DNA from: Squalus acanthias
Lineage: Eukaryota
Assembly: GCA_030390025.1 (NCBI GenBank)
Contig: CM059432.1
Span: forward strand, 58,654,001 to 58,718,000
DNA: 64,000 bases
Direction: 5' to 3'
Under the pieces are notes generated by a model. The model did no database searches and was not told the DNA's origin. It saw only the letters and a list, made by a program, of their open reading frames with translations. Positions 11,394 to 22,016 of this stretch are shown one piece after another. How positions within the stretch are numbered: the first letter of the stretch is position 1; every line of letters starts with the position of its first letter. The position numbers and the translations under genes were made by a program.

Positions 11394-13271
11394 ATGGAGA
11401 GGGTGAGAGAACGCGCTCATCGCTTCACCGAGCGGGCCTTGGATGCTCTGGTTAACGCAGTGGAGCGCAGACGATGCATGCTGTTCCCGGAGAGTGGCAG
11501 GAGGCCTTTGCCACGCGAGTTCAGAAGAGTGTGGAGGGAGGTGGCTCAGAGCGTCTCCTCCAGGAGCATGGTGCCCAGGACCCATGTTCAATGCCGCAAA
11601 AAGTTCAACGACCTCACCCGGGTCGTCAGGGTGAGTGGCTTTTTCTCAATACCTCTCCATCCCTCCATCTCAACCTCACTCTATGGCCAGAGGGTCTTAA
11701 AACCCCAATGCACAACACTCATCCAACACCTATGGCCCTTTCATCAAACACACACACGCATTCTACACTTTGCATACAGTAAGGGCTATTCACCTATGGG
11801 AGGCACATCAGGCAAGACCATGGCTGCATACAGTAAGGGCTATTCACCTATGGGAGGCACATCAGGCAAGACCATGGCTGCATACAGTAAGGGCTATTCA
11901 CCTATGGGAGGCACATCAGGCAAGACCATGGCTGTATATTTACTCAGATGCTGTCCTTTTTCTTGCAGGCTAAGCTGGCTCATAATCGGAGACAGCAGCA
12001 ACGGACGGGTGGAGGGCGGCTTCAGCTGCAACCCCTCAGCGATCTGGAGGAGCGCGTCCACAGGGTTGTGGCAAGCCGGGTGATCGGTCCCGTCGCCACT
12101 GGAGACGCCGACCCCGTTGTGGACAGCAATGGTAAGGTCATCACCTTTTTGTCCTCTGTCCTTCCACTTGTCCCTCACAATACCAGCCTTTGACACTTTC
12201 AATCCAACTTGCTAACTCGCTGCACTTATTCCTCCCTTACTACCACCCTGTCCTCACGCTAAAGCCACTCTTGTACCTCCCTGCTTTCAGATGGTGATTC
12301 ACCAGCTGAGGAGACGGGCCCTGAAGCTGCCACTGGGAGTGATGCTGCAGCTGAGGAGGAAGAGGAAGCCGGAGCATCAGTGCCACCCTCTCCCGAGGAA
12401 GCCCATGCCCACACTGGGAACACGCCTTCCCCGGAGGGGAGCAGGGGGGAAGGGGCTGATGATGGTGAAGCTCCAGGACCCAGCGGGCTGCAGCAACGCC
12501 ATGGGGGGGGGTAGGGAAGAACGGGGGCCTTCTCCCCAGAGGGAGAGTATGCCAGACACTCCTACTGCAATGGACGCAGAGGAGGAGCGGCTGATTGCAG
12601 AAATGAACAGCCAGGCGGTGGGCATGCACACTGAGCTCATGGGTGCAGTGGGAAGGGTGCCCGAATGCATTGAATCACTGGCAAGGAGTGTGGAGCACTT
12701 CGCTGTAGCACAGGCGGATGCCACACTAAAGCTTAGTGCTGCAATTCAGTCACTGGCTGCCAGGAACCCATCTGAGACTGCTCTCATGCAGACTCAGATT
12801 GAGGCCACGCGAGCACTGACTGCTGCCATCCTCGATGGTTCGTGCACATGTCCCCGGGGCTGTCACCGCGCCGCAGCAGGCCAGCAATCTGTTCTCCGGC
12901 AAATTGCTCCGGATGCTGAAGTGCTGCCCCGTGGGAGTGCCAGTGTGTCGGGCGAGCAGGGAGTTGCTGTCCTCTCTCACGATGACAGCATTCCTGCTGC
13001 CAACACTGTCACTTCTCCACTGCACTTGCCACCGCCTGTAGGACAGACTGCTGCCGCCCATGCAGAGTTGGTGCAGTCTGCAGCCGGGCCCTCCAGGCCC
13101 AGAAGTGGTCGAGACCGTCCTTCAGGGGCATCTGCAGTGTCAGGGTCTGACGAGCAGCAGCCTTCCACCAGCCTTGCTGCAGCCACTGAGGTCCCATTAC
13201 GGAGGAGCAGTAGGGTTGGAAGGGGGGAAGTGCGCAAGGGAAGGAGATCACCCTCGAAGGGCAAAAAGTAG
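11394..13271 (+). CDS. Harbinger Myb/SANT-like protein, 3 exons (11394-11630, 11969-12131, 12291-13271); one extra G in a G9 run at 12503-12511
   Basis: MERVRERAHRFTERALDALV...WREVAQSVS...QCRKKFNDL; GT-AG introns of phase 0 and 1; HNRRQQQRTGGG; basic C-terminus. Confidence 0.85.
11771..11934. repeat. 3 x 54-bp perfect tandem repeat in intron 1 of the Myb gene
   Basis: Unit tgcatacagtaagggctattcacctatgggaggcacatcaggcaagaccatggc starting at 11771, 11825, 11879. Confidence 0.97.
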
Positions 13272-13375
13272 GAGGTGTGCCAAAATGCTGGTCATTTTTT
13301 TATTAAAGGCCGAGGTTCATGGTCCAACTTTTGTTTAGTGTTTTGGACATTATCTCCAGGTTGTGAGAACCAGTT

Positions 13376-13721
13376 ATAGAAACATAGAAACATAGAATCT
13401 AGGAGCAGGAGTAGGCCATTCGGCCCGTCGAGCCTGCTCCGCCATTCAATACGATCATGGCTGATCATCCAAATCCAGTACCCTGTCACCTGCTTTAATC
13501 CCCACAGTACACATGTCCCACCCTACCCCCGTAACCCCACGTATTTAATTCCCCCTACCATATCCCATCCTATCCCCATAACCCCACATATTTAATCCCC
13601 CCTAACACTAAGGGTCAATTTATCATAGCCAAATCAACCTAACCCACACATTTTTGGACTGTGGGAGGAAACCGGAGCACCCGGAGGAAACCCACGCAGA
13701 CACGGGGAGAATGTGCAAACT
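13376..13721 (-). mobile_element. HE1-like V-SINE, 5'-truncated, inserted between the two Harbinger genes
   Basis: Reverse complement is very similar to 59042-59388, including V-domain GGGTTTCCTCCGGGTGCTCCGGTTTCCTCCCAC and (TTTCTATG)n tail. Confidence 0.9.
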
Positions 13722-13891
13722 GTGTTTATTTCTATGAGTTTGTCATGAGGAATTGACACACACAGAGTTTGTAAAATAAATACGTTTCTGTATTCAAAAT
13801 ATACATGGCTGGTGGTTGGAATTATTGGTGCCTTGGCCGGCTTAGGGGTTGCGTGCTGGGTTGATTAGTGTTTGTAGCAATGGCAGGGGCC

Positions 13892-15052
13892 CTAGAAGCG
13901 GCTTGCTATTAGTCGTTGACGGACGGCCCTTGCAGTTTGACCATTGTGGGCCGCCCTCCTGCCTTGGTGCTGCTGATGATCATCGTCCTCGTCCTCTTCC
14001 TCCTCTTCCTCCTCCTCCTCTGGTGGTGCTACAAGGCCTGGTGGCATTGGCTGGGTCCTGAGGATTGCCATGTTGTGCAACATGTAGCACACGACTACGA
14101 AGTTCGAAACTTGCTCAGGCGAGTACTGCAGGGCTCCTCCGGAATGGTCCAGACAGCGGAACCGTTGTTTCAGCACGCCGATTGTGCGCTCAATAATGTT
14201 CCTGGTTGCTTGATGGCTTTCATTGTACCGCAGCTCAGCAGGGGTGTTTGGCGTACGGAGCGGTGTCATCAGCCAGGTGCTCAATGTGTACCCCTTGTCC
14301 CCCAGAAGCCAACCAACTGGCTGATGCGGTGCCTCGAAAACTTCTGCCACAGTAGTCTGGCGCAGGATGAAAGCATCGTGGCAGCTGCCCGGATAGTGGG
14401 CATTGACAGCGAGTATCACCTGTCTGTGGTCACAGACCAACTGCACATTCAAGGAATGGAACCCCTTTCTGTTCCTGAATTCCTCTGCATTCTCTCGCGG
14501 AGCACGCAAAGCCACATGCGTGCAGTCAATGGCGCCCTGCACCATGGGGAAGCCCGCTACCCTCGCAAAGCCCAGAGCACGGTCACGCTGCTTGTCTGGG
14601 GTCATAGGGAAAGAGATGAAGTCTCGTCTCCTTCTGAAGAGGGCATTGGTGACCTGCCGGATGCAGCGATGCACCGCAAACTGGGAGATATTGGCGAGGT
14701 CCCCAACAGCAGCTTGGAATGAGCCAGTGGCGTAGAAGTTCAAAGCCACTGTGACCTTCACTGCCACCGACAGAGACGTCCTGGACCTCAGCTGAGGCTG
14801 CAGATCTGGCTGCAGCAGGTGGCAGAGCTCAGTGACCACCTCCTTGCTGAATCGCAGCCTTCGCAAACACAGCTCCTCAGACATATGGATGTAGGAGAGC
14901 TGTTCACGATATACCCTGGGAGGGTAAGCTCTCCTGTACATGCGCCTGATGGCCCTCCTCCGTCTGGCCATCATTGCCACTCTCTGTCTGCGTCTCACTA
15001 TCCTCCGATTCAGCTGGAGCAGGACGACGCCCCCAATCATTGCAGCCCCCAT
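13892..15052 (-). CDS. Harbinger (HARBI1-like) DDE transposase, intact 386 aa
   Basis: GAIDCTHV, NRKGFHSLNVQLVCD, PGSCHDAFIL, LLGDKGY, YNESHQATRNIIERTIGVLKQRFRCL; uninterrupted ATG-to-stop ORF inside TIRs. Confidence 0.96.
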   Translation of the reverse strand: MGAAMIGGVVLLQLNRRIVRRRQRVAMMARRRRAIRRMYRRAYPPRVYREQLSYIHMSEELCLRRLRFSKEVVTELCHLLQPDLQPQLRSRTSLSVAVKVTVALNFYATGSFQAAVGDLANISQFAVHRCIRQVTNALFRRRRDFISFPMTPDKQRDRALGFARVAGFPMVQGAIDCTHVALRAPRENAEEFRNRKGFHSLNVQLVCDHRQVILAVNAHYPGSCHDAFILRQTTVAEVFEAPHQPVGWLLGDKGYTLSTWLMTPLRTPNTPAELRYNESHQATRNIIERTIGVLKQRFRCLDHSGGALQYSPEQVSNFVVVCYMLHNMAILRTQPMPPGLVAPPEEEEEEEEEDEDDDHQQHQGRRAAHNGQTARAVRQRLIASRF

Positions 15053-15574
15053 ATTCTCTTTGCCAGAAAAGTAATGAGGTACAGCAACTAAAGTAGCAAC
15101 AAAGTTAGGATGAACTAGGCAAAACTACCTCACAAAGCGTTGAGTCAATGTAGAAGTCTCTCTCTCTCTCTCTCCGAATCTCTCCCTCTCTCTCAGAACG
15201 AGTGGTGCATAAATGTCGACCACAGAAAAAGACAGGAAGAGGCCCCCTTTAAATAGCGCCCCCCCCAGCCCCACACCGATTGATAACGTTCCAGTCTTCC
15301 GGTCGTTGGAAGCGCCAGGCGGTAAGGCAGGGGGCGCCACTCAATTTCCGCTCCGGGGCGCCCCAAGGGCGTTGCACCATGGAATGACGTCACAATCTGC
15401 GCGCGCAGGTGGTCGCAGCGGTAAGTTTTAGCGCCGCCGCACAATCTCAAATTAAGTTCTCGAGCGGCGCAAACAGCGCTGCGCCCGGGCGTTAGCGGCT
15501 TAACGCCCCATTAGCGCCCTCTTAAGGCGCTAACGGGAGGCGCAACCAAGTGAATTTTTACCCCATAGATTTGT

Positions 15575-15786
15575 ATGAGAAGTCACACAACACCAGGTTA
15601 TAGTCCAACAGTTTTATTTAAAATTACGAGCTTTCGGAGCTCTGCTCCTTCGTCAGGTACAGGTACCTGACGAAGGAGCAGAGCTCCAAAAGTTCGTAAT
15701 TTTAAATAAAACTGTTGGACTATAACCTGGTGTTGTGCGACTTCTCATTTTTGTCCACCCCCAGTCCAACACCGGCATCTCCGCAT
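15575..15786. mobile_element. Penelope-like element remnant with inverted terminal duplication (86-bp arms)
   Basis: Arms 15575-15660 and 15663-15748, 83/86 complementary, 2-nt spacer; each arm carries a hammerhead core and AATAAA. Confidence 0.75.
15625..15659 (-). ncRNA. Minimal type I hammerhead ribozyme motif
   Basis: UAC-CUGACGA-A-GGAGC(AGA)GCUCC-GAA-AGCU-C-GUA: core boxes, 5-bp stem II, palindromic AGCU in place of stem III, 3-bp stem I. Confidence 0.7.
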
Positions 15787-15789
15787 GTA

Positions 15790-16562
15790 GGGGTAAAAAT
15801 TGAGTCGCGCCCCATTTGGGGCGCTAACCTCGCCGGGGCGCTACTTTTAGCGCCCCGAAAAAATTAGCGGCCCCGCGCCGGAACTTCAGTGGTTGCGCCC
15901 CAAGAGGGAAGCGGGGCACCACTGGAAGCACCCCGCATCCCTCTTGGGGCGCTGCGAGGGAATATCCTGGCGCTACGTGCCGCAGCGCCAGGCGCTGCGG
16001 CACGTCACACCGCGGTATTGCAGGCCTTCCTCCCCTTCTTAAAGGGGAGGGACCCTGCGCAGCGCGAACCGGGGCCCAGCTGGGCCCCCAGGGATCGGGA
16101 GTGCCGGCAAAAGAGCCCGGCACTCAAGAGAAGTGCCGGGCTCTTGGAGCGCAGCCGGCACTTCACGGTGCGGGGGCTTCACGGGGGCCGGGGACAGCAA
16201 CGGGGGCAGGTGCTGGCAGGCGGCCAGCAACAAAAATGGCCGCCTGCCACCTCCCCTTTAAATATCGCCGCCCCGGCCGCACGTACGCCTCCCTGAACCC
16301 GTCGGACATAGCGTCTGGCGGTAAATCAGGGGGCGCGACTGAAGATCGCGGCTGGAGCGCGAGCGGGGTGCTGCGCACGGCGATGACGTCATCGCCGGCG
16401 GCGCAGCGCCACAGGGCGCTACCGGCTGGCGCCGCCGCTAACCTCCCGCTGAATTTTTCGGGAGGCGTGGGCGGCGCTGCGCCCGGGCGTTAGCTGCTTT
16501 ACGCCCCATTAGCGCCCTCTTAAGGCGCTAACGGGAGGCGCAAGCAGCTGAATTTTTCCCCC
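15790..16562 (+). mobile_element. GC-rich Harbinger MITE related to 11037-15564
   Basis: GGGGTAAAAATT / AATTTTTCCCCC ends; last ~85 bp nearly identical to the right end of the full-length element; TSD imperfect (GTA/ATC). Confidence 0.88.
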
Positions 16563-17031
16563 ATCGATTTGTACTGTAGCTAGAAATAATGAAATGGTTA
16601 AAAGTTGTCCATTCCCAGGGTGCTTTAGGGTTTAATGTATAAGGGTACAATTTAGCTGACCGTGCTGTTTAGTTTTTGCTTATAGTGTGTGATTTGTGCC
16701 CGTTGACTTACTTTTGTGGCCACATTGTGAAATGAGATAGACAAGACAGTCTTGAGATAGGAAGTGAGACATTGGAGCTAAGAATGATTAGTTACATCCT
16801 AAATGGTTGTGTATACATATATACAAGTTGGCATCTGGTAAATTTTGAAGGAACTATCTCATTTCTGGGGGTCTTGTCCATAATAACACTTGTCATGCCA
16901 TAATGAATCAGCAATGTTCATAAGAGGTGGCCGATAAAGATCTTAAGCTTTCCTTAACAAGTTGTAGAGAGAGTCAGGATTGAAAGGATCGACAAAGGTT
17001 ATCTGTCTACCTGGGGAAATGTGATAATATT

Positions 17032-17655
17032 GTTTAGGGAAGGAAATCTGCTGTCCTTACCTGGTCTGGCCTATATGTGGCTCCAGACCCACAGTAATGT
17101 GGTTGACTCTTAACTGCCCTCAGAAATGGCCTAGCAAGCCTCTCAGTTGTACAAAACCGCTGCAAAAAACAATAATAAGAATAGAACCGGACGGACCACC
17201 TGGCATTGACCTAGGCACCTGCTTCGGACATGACTACGGCACACCCAGCCCTGTCGACCCTGCAAAATCCTCCTCACTAACATCTGGGGACTTGTGCCAA
17301 AATTGGGAGAGCTGTCCCACAGACTAATCAAGCAACAGCCTGACATAGCCATACTCACAGAATCATACTTTTTAGCCAATGTCCCAAACTCCTCCATCAC
17401 CATCCCTGGGTATGTCCTGTCCCACCGGCAGGACAGACCCACCAGAGGTGGTGGCACAGTGGCATACAGTCGGGAGGGAGTACTGTGGGAGTCCTCAACA
17501 TTGTCTCCGGACCCCATGAAGTCTCATGGCTTCAGGTTAAGTATGGGCAAGGAAACCTCCTACTGAATACCACCTACCGCCCTCCCTCAGCTGATGAATC
17601 AATAATCCTCCGTGTTGGACACCATTTGGAAGAAGGACTGAGGGTAGTGTGGGAA
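17032..17655 (+). mobile_element. CR1-clade LINE family B, 5' leader and endonuclease fragment
   Basis: Matches 41460-41940; QQPDIAILTESY, TYRPPS. Confidence 0.85.
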
Positions 17656-17816
17656 CAAGGGTTCACACTACCAGGGTACCTCACTATTCTTTCTGCACAG
17701 TCTGTGAGATCAGCACATGATGAGTTAAAAGTTAAAACAGTTTCCTGATGAGCATGCATTGTAAATTGGCTGAGAGGATTTTAAAGAAAGGATATCTTCA
17801 CAGGTAAGATTATAAT

Positions 17817-18560
17817 GGGCCGAAAATTGATCCCGGGACGCGAGAGTACGCACTGCGTACTCTCGCGTATTTCCACTCCAATTGCCGGTTTTCTGCATGC
17901 CCTGCGCATGCGCTGAAAACCGGCAATTGCTCTTCCGAAAAGGGGGCGGGGCCGGAGTGCATCGCGTGCGCGCTACAGGCTGCGCGCACGCTGTGCACTT
18001 CATGCTTTGGACGCGCAGGTAAATAGGGAAGATTTTGGAAATGTAAAAAGGAGGAGTAAGACCCGCTTTTAAGAAGGTAAGTAGTGAATTAAGTATTTTT
18101 TTGAATTTTTTTTTACAGGTATATCTTTTTTATAGACTTTAAAGACAGGTAAGTTTATTTTTATAACTTTTTAAAAGATTTTAAATTTTTTCAAAAATTT
18201 AATTTTTTATTTAAAATGGTTAATTTAATTAACTATACTTATTTTATTAATGTGATGGTTTTTTTTTTAAATTTAATTGAGGTTTAGCTGTTATTTTGGG
18301 GGGGTGTAAGATTCATAAGTCTCACAGCTATGCTGTGAGACTTATGAATGGAAGATGGTGTGCTGCCATTGGCTCTAACTGAGTCACGTGATCCCACAGC
18401 TCGCACGAATTAACTACGCCGCTGGGATACGCAAGCCCAGCACAGCTGATGTATGGAACATCAATTTCGTGCGAGCTGGATCAGAAAAAGCATAAGCGAG
18501 GTGAGACATCGCGGGGAAGGCTTACCCACGCGGGAACAGAGCGAGATCAATTTCTGGGCC
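17817..18560 (+). mobile_element. Harbinger-type MITE with internal palindromes
   Basis: TIR GGGCCGAAAATTGATC / GATCAATTTCTGGGCC (13/16), TSD AAT. Confidence 0.82.
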
Positions 18561-18789
18561 AATAGAATGTGTAAGAGTCATTCAGCCATTTCCAAATGTG
18601 CCAACTTGATAACTCTCTTTAGGGAGGGGAAGGTTTTATTGCAGCAGTAATACAATTAGAAGAGTTGAGAGCCTGGTTGTTATTCTGTGGCATTTGTATG
18701 TATCTTTGAGGTACCATGATTTATTGGTAGTATGCATGAAATGTAGTGATCAATGGTAACATTTAGCATAAGAAATGTAAGGGCACTGT

Positions 18790-18985
18790 TTAGCAGCTCA
18801 CACTGGAATCATGGATAATGTGATTTCTCAGCAGCTCGCTCACTCTGGAATCGGATAGTGTGATGTCTCAACAGCAGTTAGTGCTCACACTGGTTTTGTA
18901 AAGTGTGTGTCTCAGCAGCTTGTTCATAATGGTTTTGTGTAGTATGAAAAGACTTGTGCACTCATACTGGGTGTGGATAGTATGA
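18790..18985. repeat. Degenerate ~40-bp minisatellite (about 5 units)
   Basis: Recurrent cagcagct..ctcacactgg..ggatagtgtga..tct pattern. Confidence 0.6.
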
Positions 18986-21900
18986 GGTTTCAATAAAGAC
19001 CTGATCCTGCATTACTACAACTAACAGTGTGTGTAATCTGATGTTTAAAGTAACGAAACAAAAAAGAACAAGAAAGCAGTCCAACGGGTAGCAAAGCCAC
19101 AGAATGTACTCTGGGTGGGAGACTTCAATGTCCATCACCAAGAGTGGCTCGGTAGCACCACTACTGACCGAGCTGGCCGAGTCCCGAAGGACATAGCTGC
19201 CAAACTGGGCCTTTGGCAGGTAGCGAGAGAACCAAAATGAAGGAAATACTTACTTGACCTTGTCCTCACCAACCTACTTGTCGCAGATGCATCTGTCCAT
19301 GACAGTATTGGTAGCCGTGACCACCACTCAGTCCTTGTGGAGACGAAGTCCCTCACTCTACCATTACCATCAAGCCAGGGGACCAACCCTGTTTCAATGA
19401 AGCATGCAGAAGAGCATGCCAGGAGCAGCACCAGGCGTACCTAAAAATGATGTGCCAACCTGGGGAAGCTGCAACACACAACTACATGCATGCTAAACAG
19501 TGGAAGCAGCATGCTATAGACCAAGCTAACTCAGATCAAATCTCTGCAGTCCTGTCACATCCAGTCATGAATGGTGGTGGACAATTAAACAACTAATGGG
19601 AGGAGGAGGCTCCATGAATATCCTCATCCTCAATGAGGGCGGAGCCCAGCACGCGAGTGCAAAAGACAAGGCTGAAGCATTTGCAACCATCTTCAGCCAG
19701 AAGTGCCAAGTGGATGGTTCATCTCGGCCTCCTCCTGAGGTCCCCACCATCACAGAAGCCAGTCTTCAGCCAATTCAATTCACTCCACGTGATATCAAGA
19801 AATGGCTGAATGCACTGGATACAGCAAAAGCTATGGGCCCCGACAACATTCCAGCTGTTGTGCTGAAGACTTGTGCTCCAGAACTAGCCATGCCACTAGC
19901 CAAGCTGTTCCAGTACAGCTACAACACTGGCATCTACCCGAGAATGTGAAAAGCTGCCCAGGTACATCCTGTCCAAAAAAGCAGGACAAATCCAATCCAC
20001 CCCATCAGTCTACTCTCAATCATTAGCAAAGTGATGAAAGGTGTCGTCGACAGTGCTATCAAGCACCATTTACTCACCAATAACCTGCTCACCGCTGCTC
20101 AGTTTGGGTTTCGCCAGGACCACTCGGCTCCAGACCTCATTACAGCCTTGGACAAAAGAGCTGAATACTAGAGGTGAGGTGAGAGTGACTGCCCTTGACA
20201 TCAAGGCAGCATTTGACCGAATGTGGTATCAAGGAGCCCCGTTAAAATTGAAGTCAATGGAAATCGGGGGAAAACTCTCCACTGGCTGGAGTCATACCTA
20301 GCACAAAGGAAGATGGTTGTGGTTGTTGGAGGTCAATCATCTCAGCCCCAGGATATTGGGGTTCTGCTGAGGGAGTTTGAGGAGCTAGGATCTAAATTAA
20401 AAAGCAGAACCTCAAAGGTAATAATCTCTGGATTGTTACCTGAGCCATGCACAAATTGGCATAGGGACAAACAGATTAGAGGTTTAAATGCATGGTGTGG
20501 GGAAGAAGGGGTTTCAGTTCATGGGGCACTGGCACCAGTACTGGGGAAAGAGGGAGCTGTTCCATTGGGACGGGCTCCACTTAAACCGGGCTGGGACCAG
20601 TGTCCTGGTGAACCGAATAACTAGGGCAGTAGACAGGGCATTAAACTAATGAACGGGGGTGGGAGGATTCAGGAAAGTGTAAATTTAAAAGCAGTGAGAG
20701 AAATGTCAAGGCTCTAGAGCAGAGTAGAGTTTTGGGTAAAAATAAGCAGAGTGGGCCAGGAAGGGACAGAGAGAGTAACAAAGGTAATAAGACATCAGTG
20801 ACTAAGGTGACATCAGGGAAAAATAGAAATAAGTCAAAGCTAAAGGCAATATATCTGAATGCGCGAAGCATTCGCAACAAAATAGATGAATTAATAGCGC
20901 AGATGGAAATGAACAGGTTTGATCTAATAGCCATAATGGAGACATGGTTGAAAAGTGGTCAAGTTTGGGAACTAAATATTCCAGGATACTTAACTTTTAG
21001 AAGAGATAGGCAAAATGGAAAAGGAGGAGAGGTAGCCCTGATAATAAAGGATGGGATAAAGAAAGCAGAGAGAAAGGATCTTAGCTCTGAAAATCAAGTA
21101 GAATCGGTTTGGGTGGAGCTAAGAAACAGCAAGGGGCAGAAAACATTGGTGGGAGTTGTTTATAGGCCCCCAAACAGTAGTTGTAATTCAGGGCAGAGTA
21201 TAAATCAGGAAATTAGAGGTGCATGTAACAAGGGTAATACAGTAATCATGGGGGACTTTAATCTACATATAGACTGAGCAAACCAAATTTGCAGTAATGG
21301 TGTGGAGGACGAATTAATGGAATATATGCAAGATAGTTTTCTAGATCAGTATGTTGAGGAACCAACTAGGGAACAGGCTATTTTAGATCTAGTATTGTGC
21401 AATGAGAAAGGGTTACTTAATAACCTTGTAGTAAAGGGGCCTTTAGGGAAGAGTGACCATAATATGTAGGAATTTTATATTGAGTTTGAAAGTGATTTAG
21501 TTAAATCCGAAACTAGGGTCTTAAATCTAAACAAAGCAAAATACGTAGGTATGAGGGGCGAGTTGGCTACGGTAGATTAGGAAACTACATTAAAAGGTAT
21601 GATGGTAGAGAAGCAATGGCTAGCATTTAAAGAATGAATACATAATTTACAACAAATATACATTCCTTTAAGGTACAAAAACCCCACAGGAAAAGTGGTC
21701 CAACCGTGGCTAACAAGAGAAGTTAAAGATAGTATTCGATCAAAGGAAGAAGCTTATAATGTTGCTAAAAAGAGCAGTAAGCCTGAGGATTGGGAGGATT
21801 TTAGAATTCAGCAAAGGAGGACCAAGAAATTGATAAAGAAAGGGAAAATAGAATGAGAGTAAACTAGCGAGAGACATAAAAACAGACTATAAAAGCTTCT

Positions 21901-22016
21901 ATAGGTATGTAAAAAGGAAAAGATTAGCGAAAGTAAATGTGGGTCCCTTACAGGCTGAGACAGGAGAAATTATAATGGGGAATAAGGAAATGGCAGGGAA
22001 ATTAAACAAATACTTT

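Larger units (their letters stand above)
11037..15564 (+). mobile_element. PIF/Harbinger transposon, full-length two-gene element
   Basis: TIR GGGGTAGAAATT / AATTTTTACCCC (11/12), TSD ATA (11034-11036, 15565-15567); convergent Myb gene and DDE transposase; CpG-rich ends. Confidence 0.95.

Noticed and set aside
11771..11934. CRISPR-like appearance and 18-aa peptide repeats (AYSKGYSPMGGTSGKTMA)
   Set aside because: Head-to-tail repeats without spacers, inside a GT-AG intron, in eukaryotic DNA
13916..14722. 268-aa plus-strand ORF with a hydrophobic stretch
   Set aside because: Antisense shadow of the transposase; the hydrophobic run is the complement of the acidic tract
13892..15052. Host domesticated HARBI1 gene
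   Set aside because: Lies within TIRs and a TSD beside a Myb partner and has related MITEs; it is a transposon gene, so no symbol assigned
15824..16493. Several overlapping GC-rich ORFs
   Set aside because: Stop-poor because of high GC inside a MITE; no domain motifs
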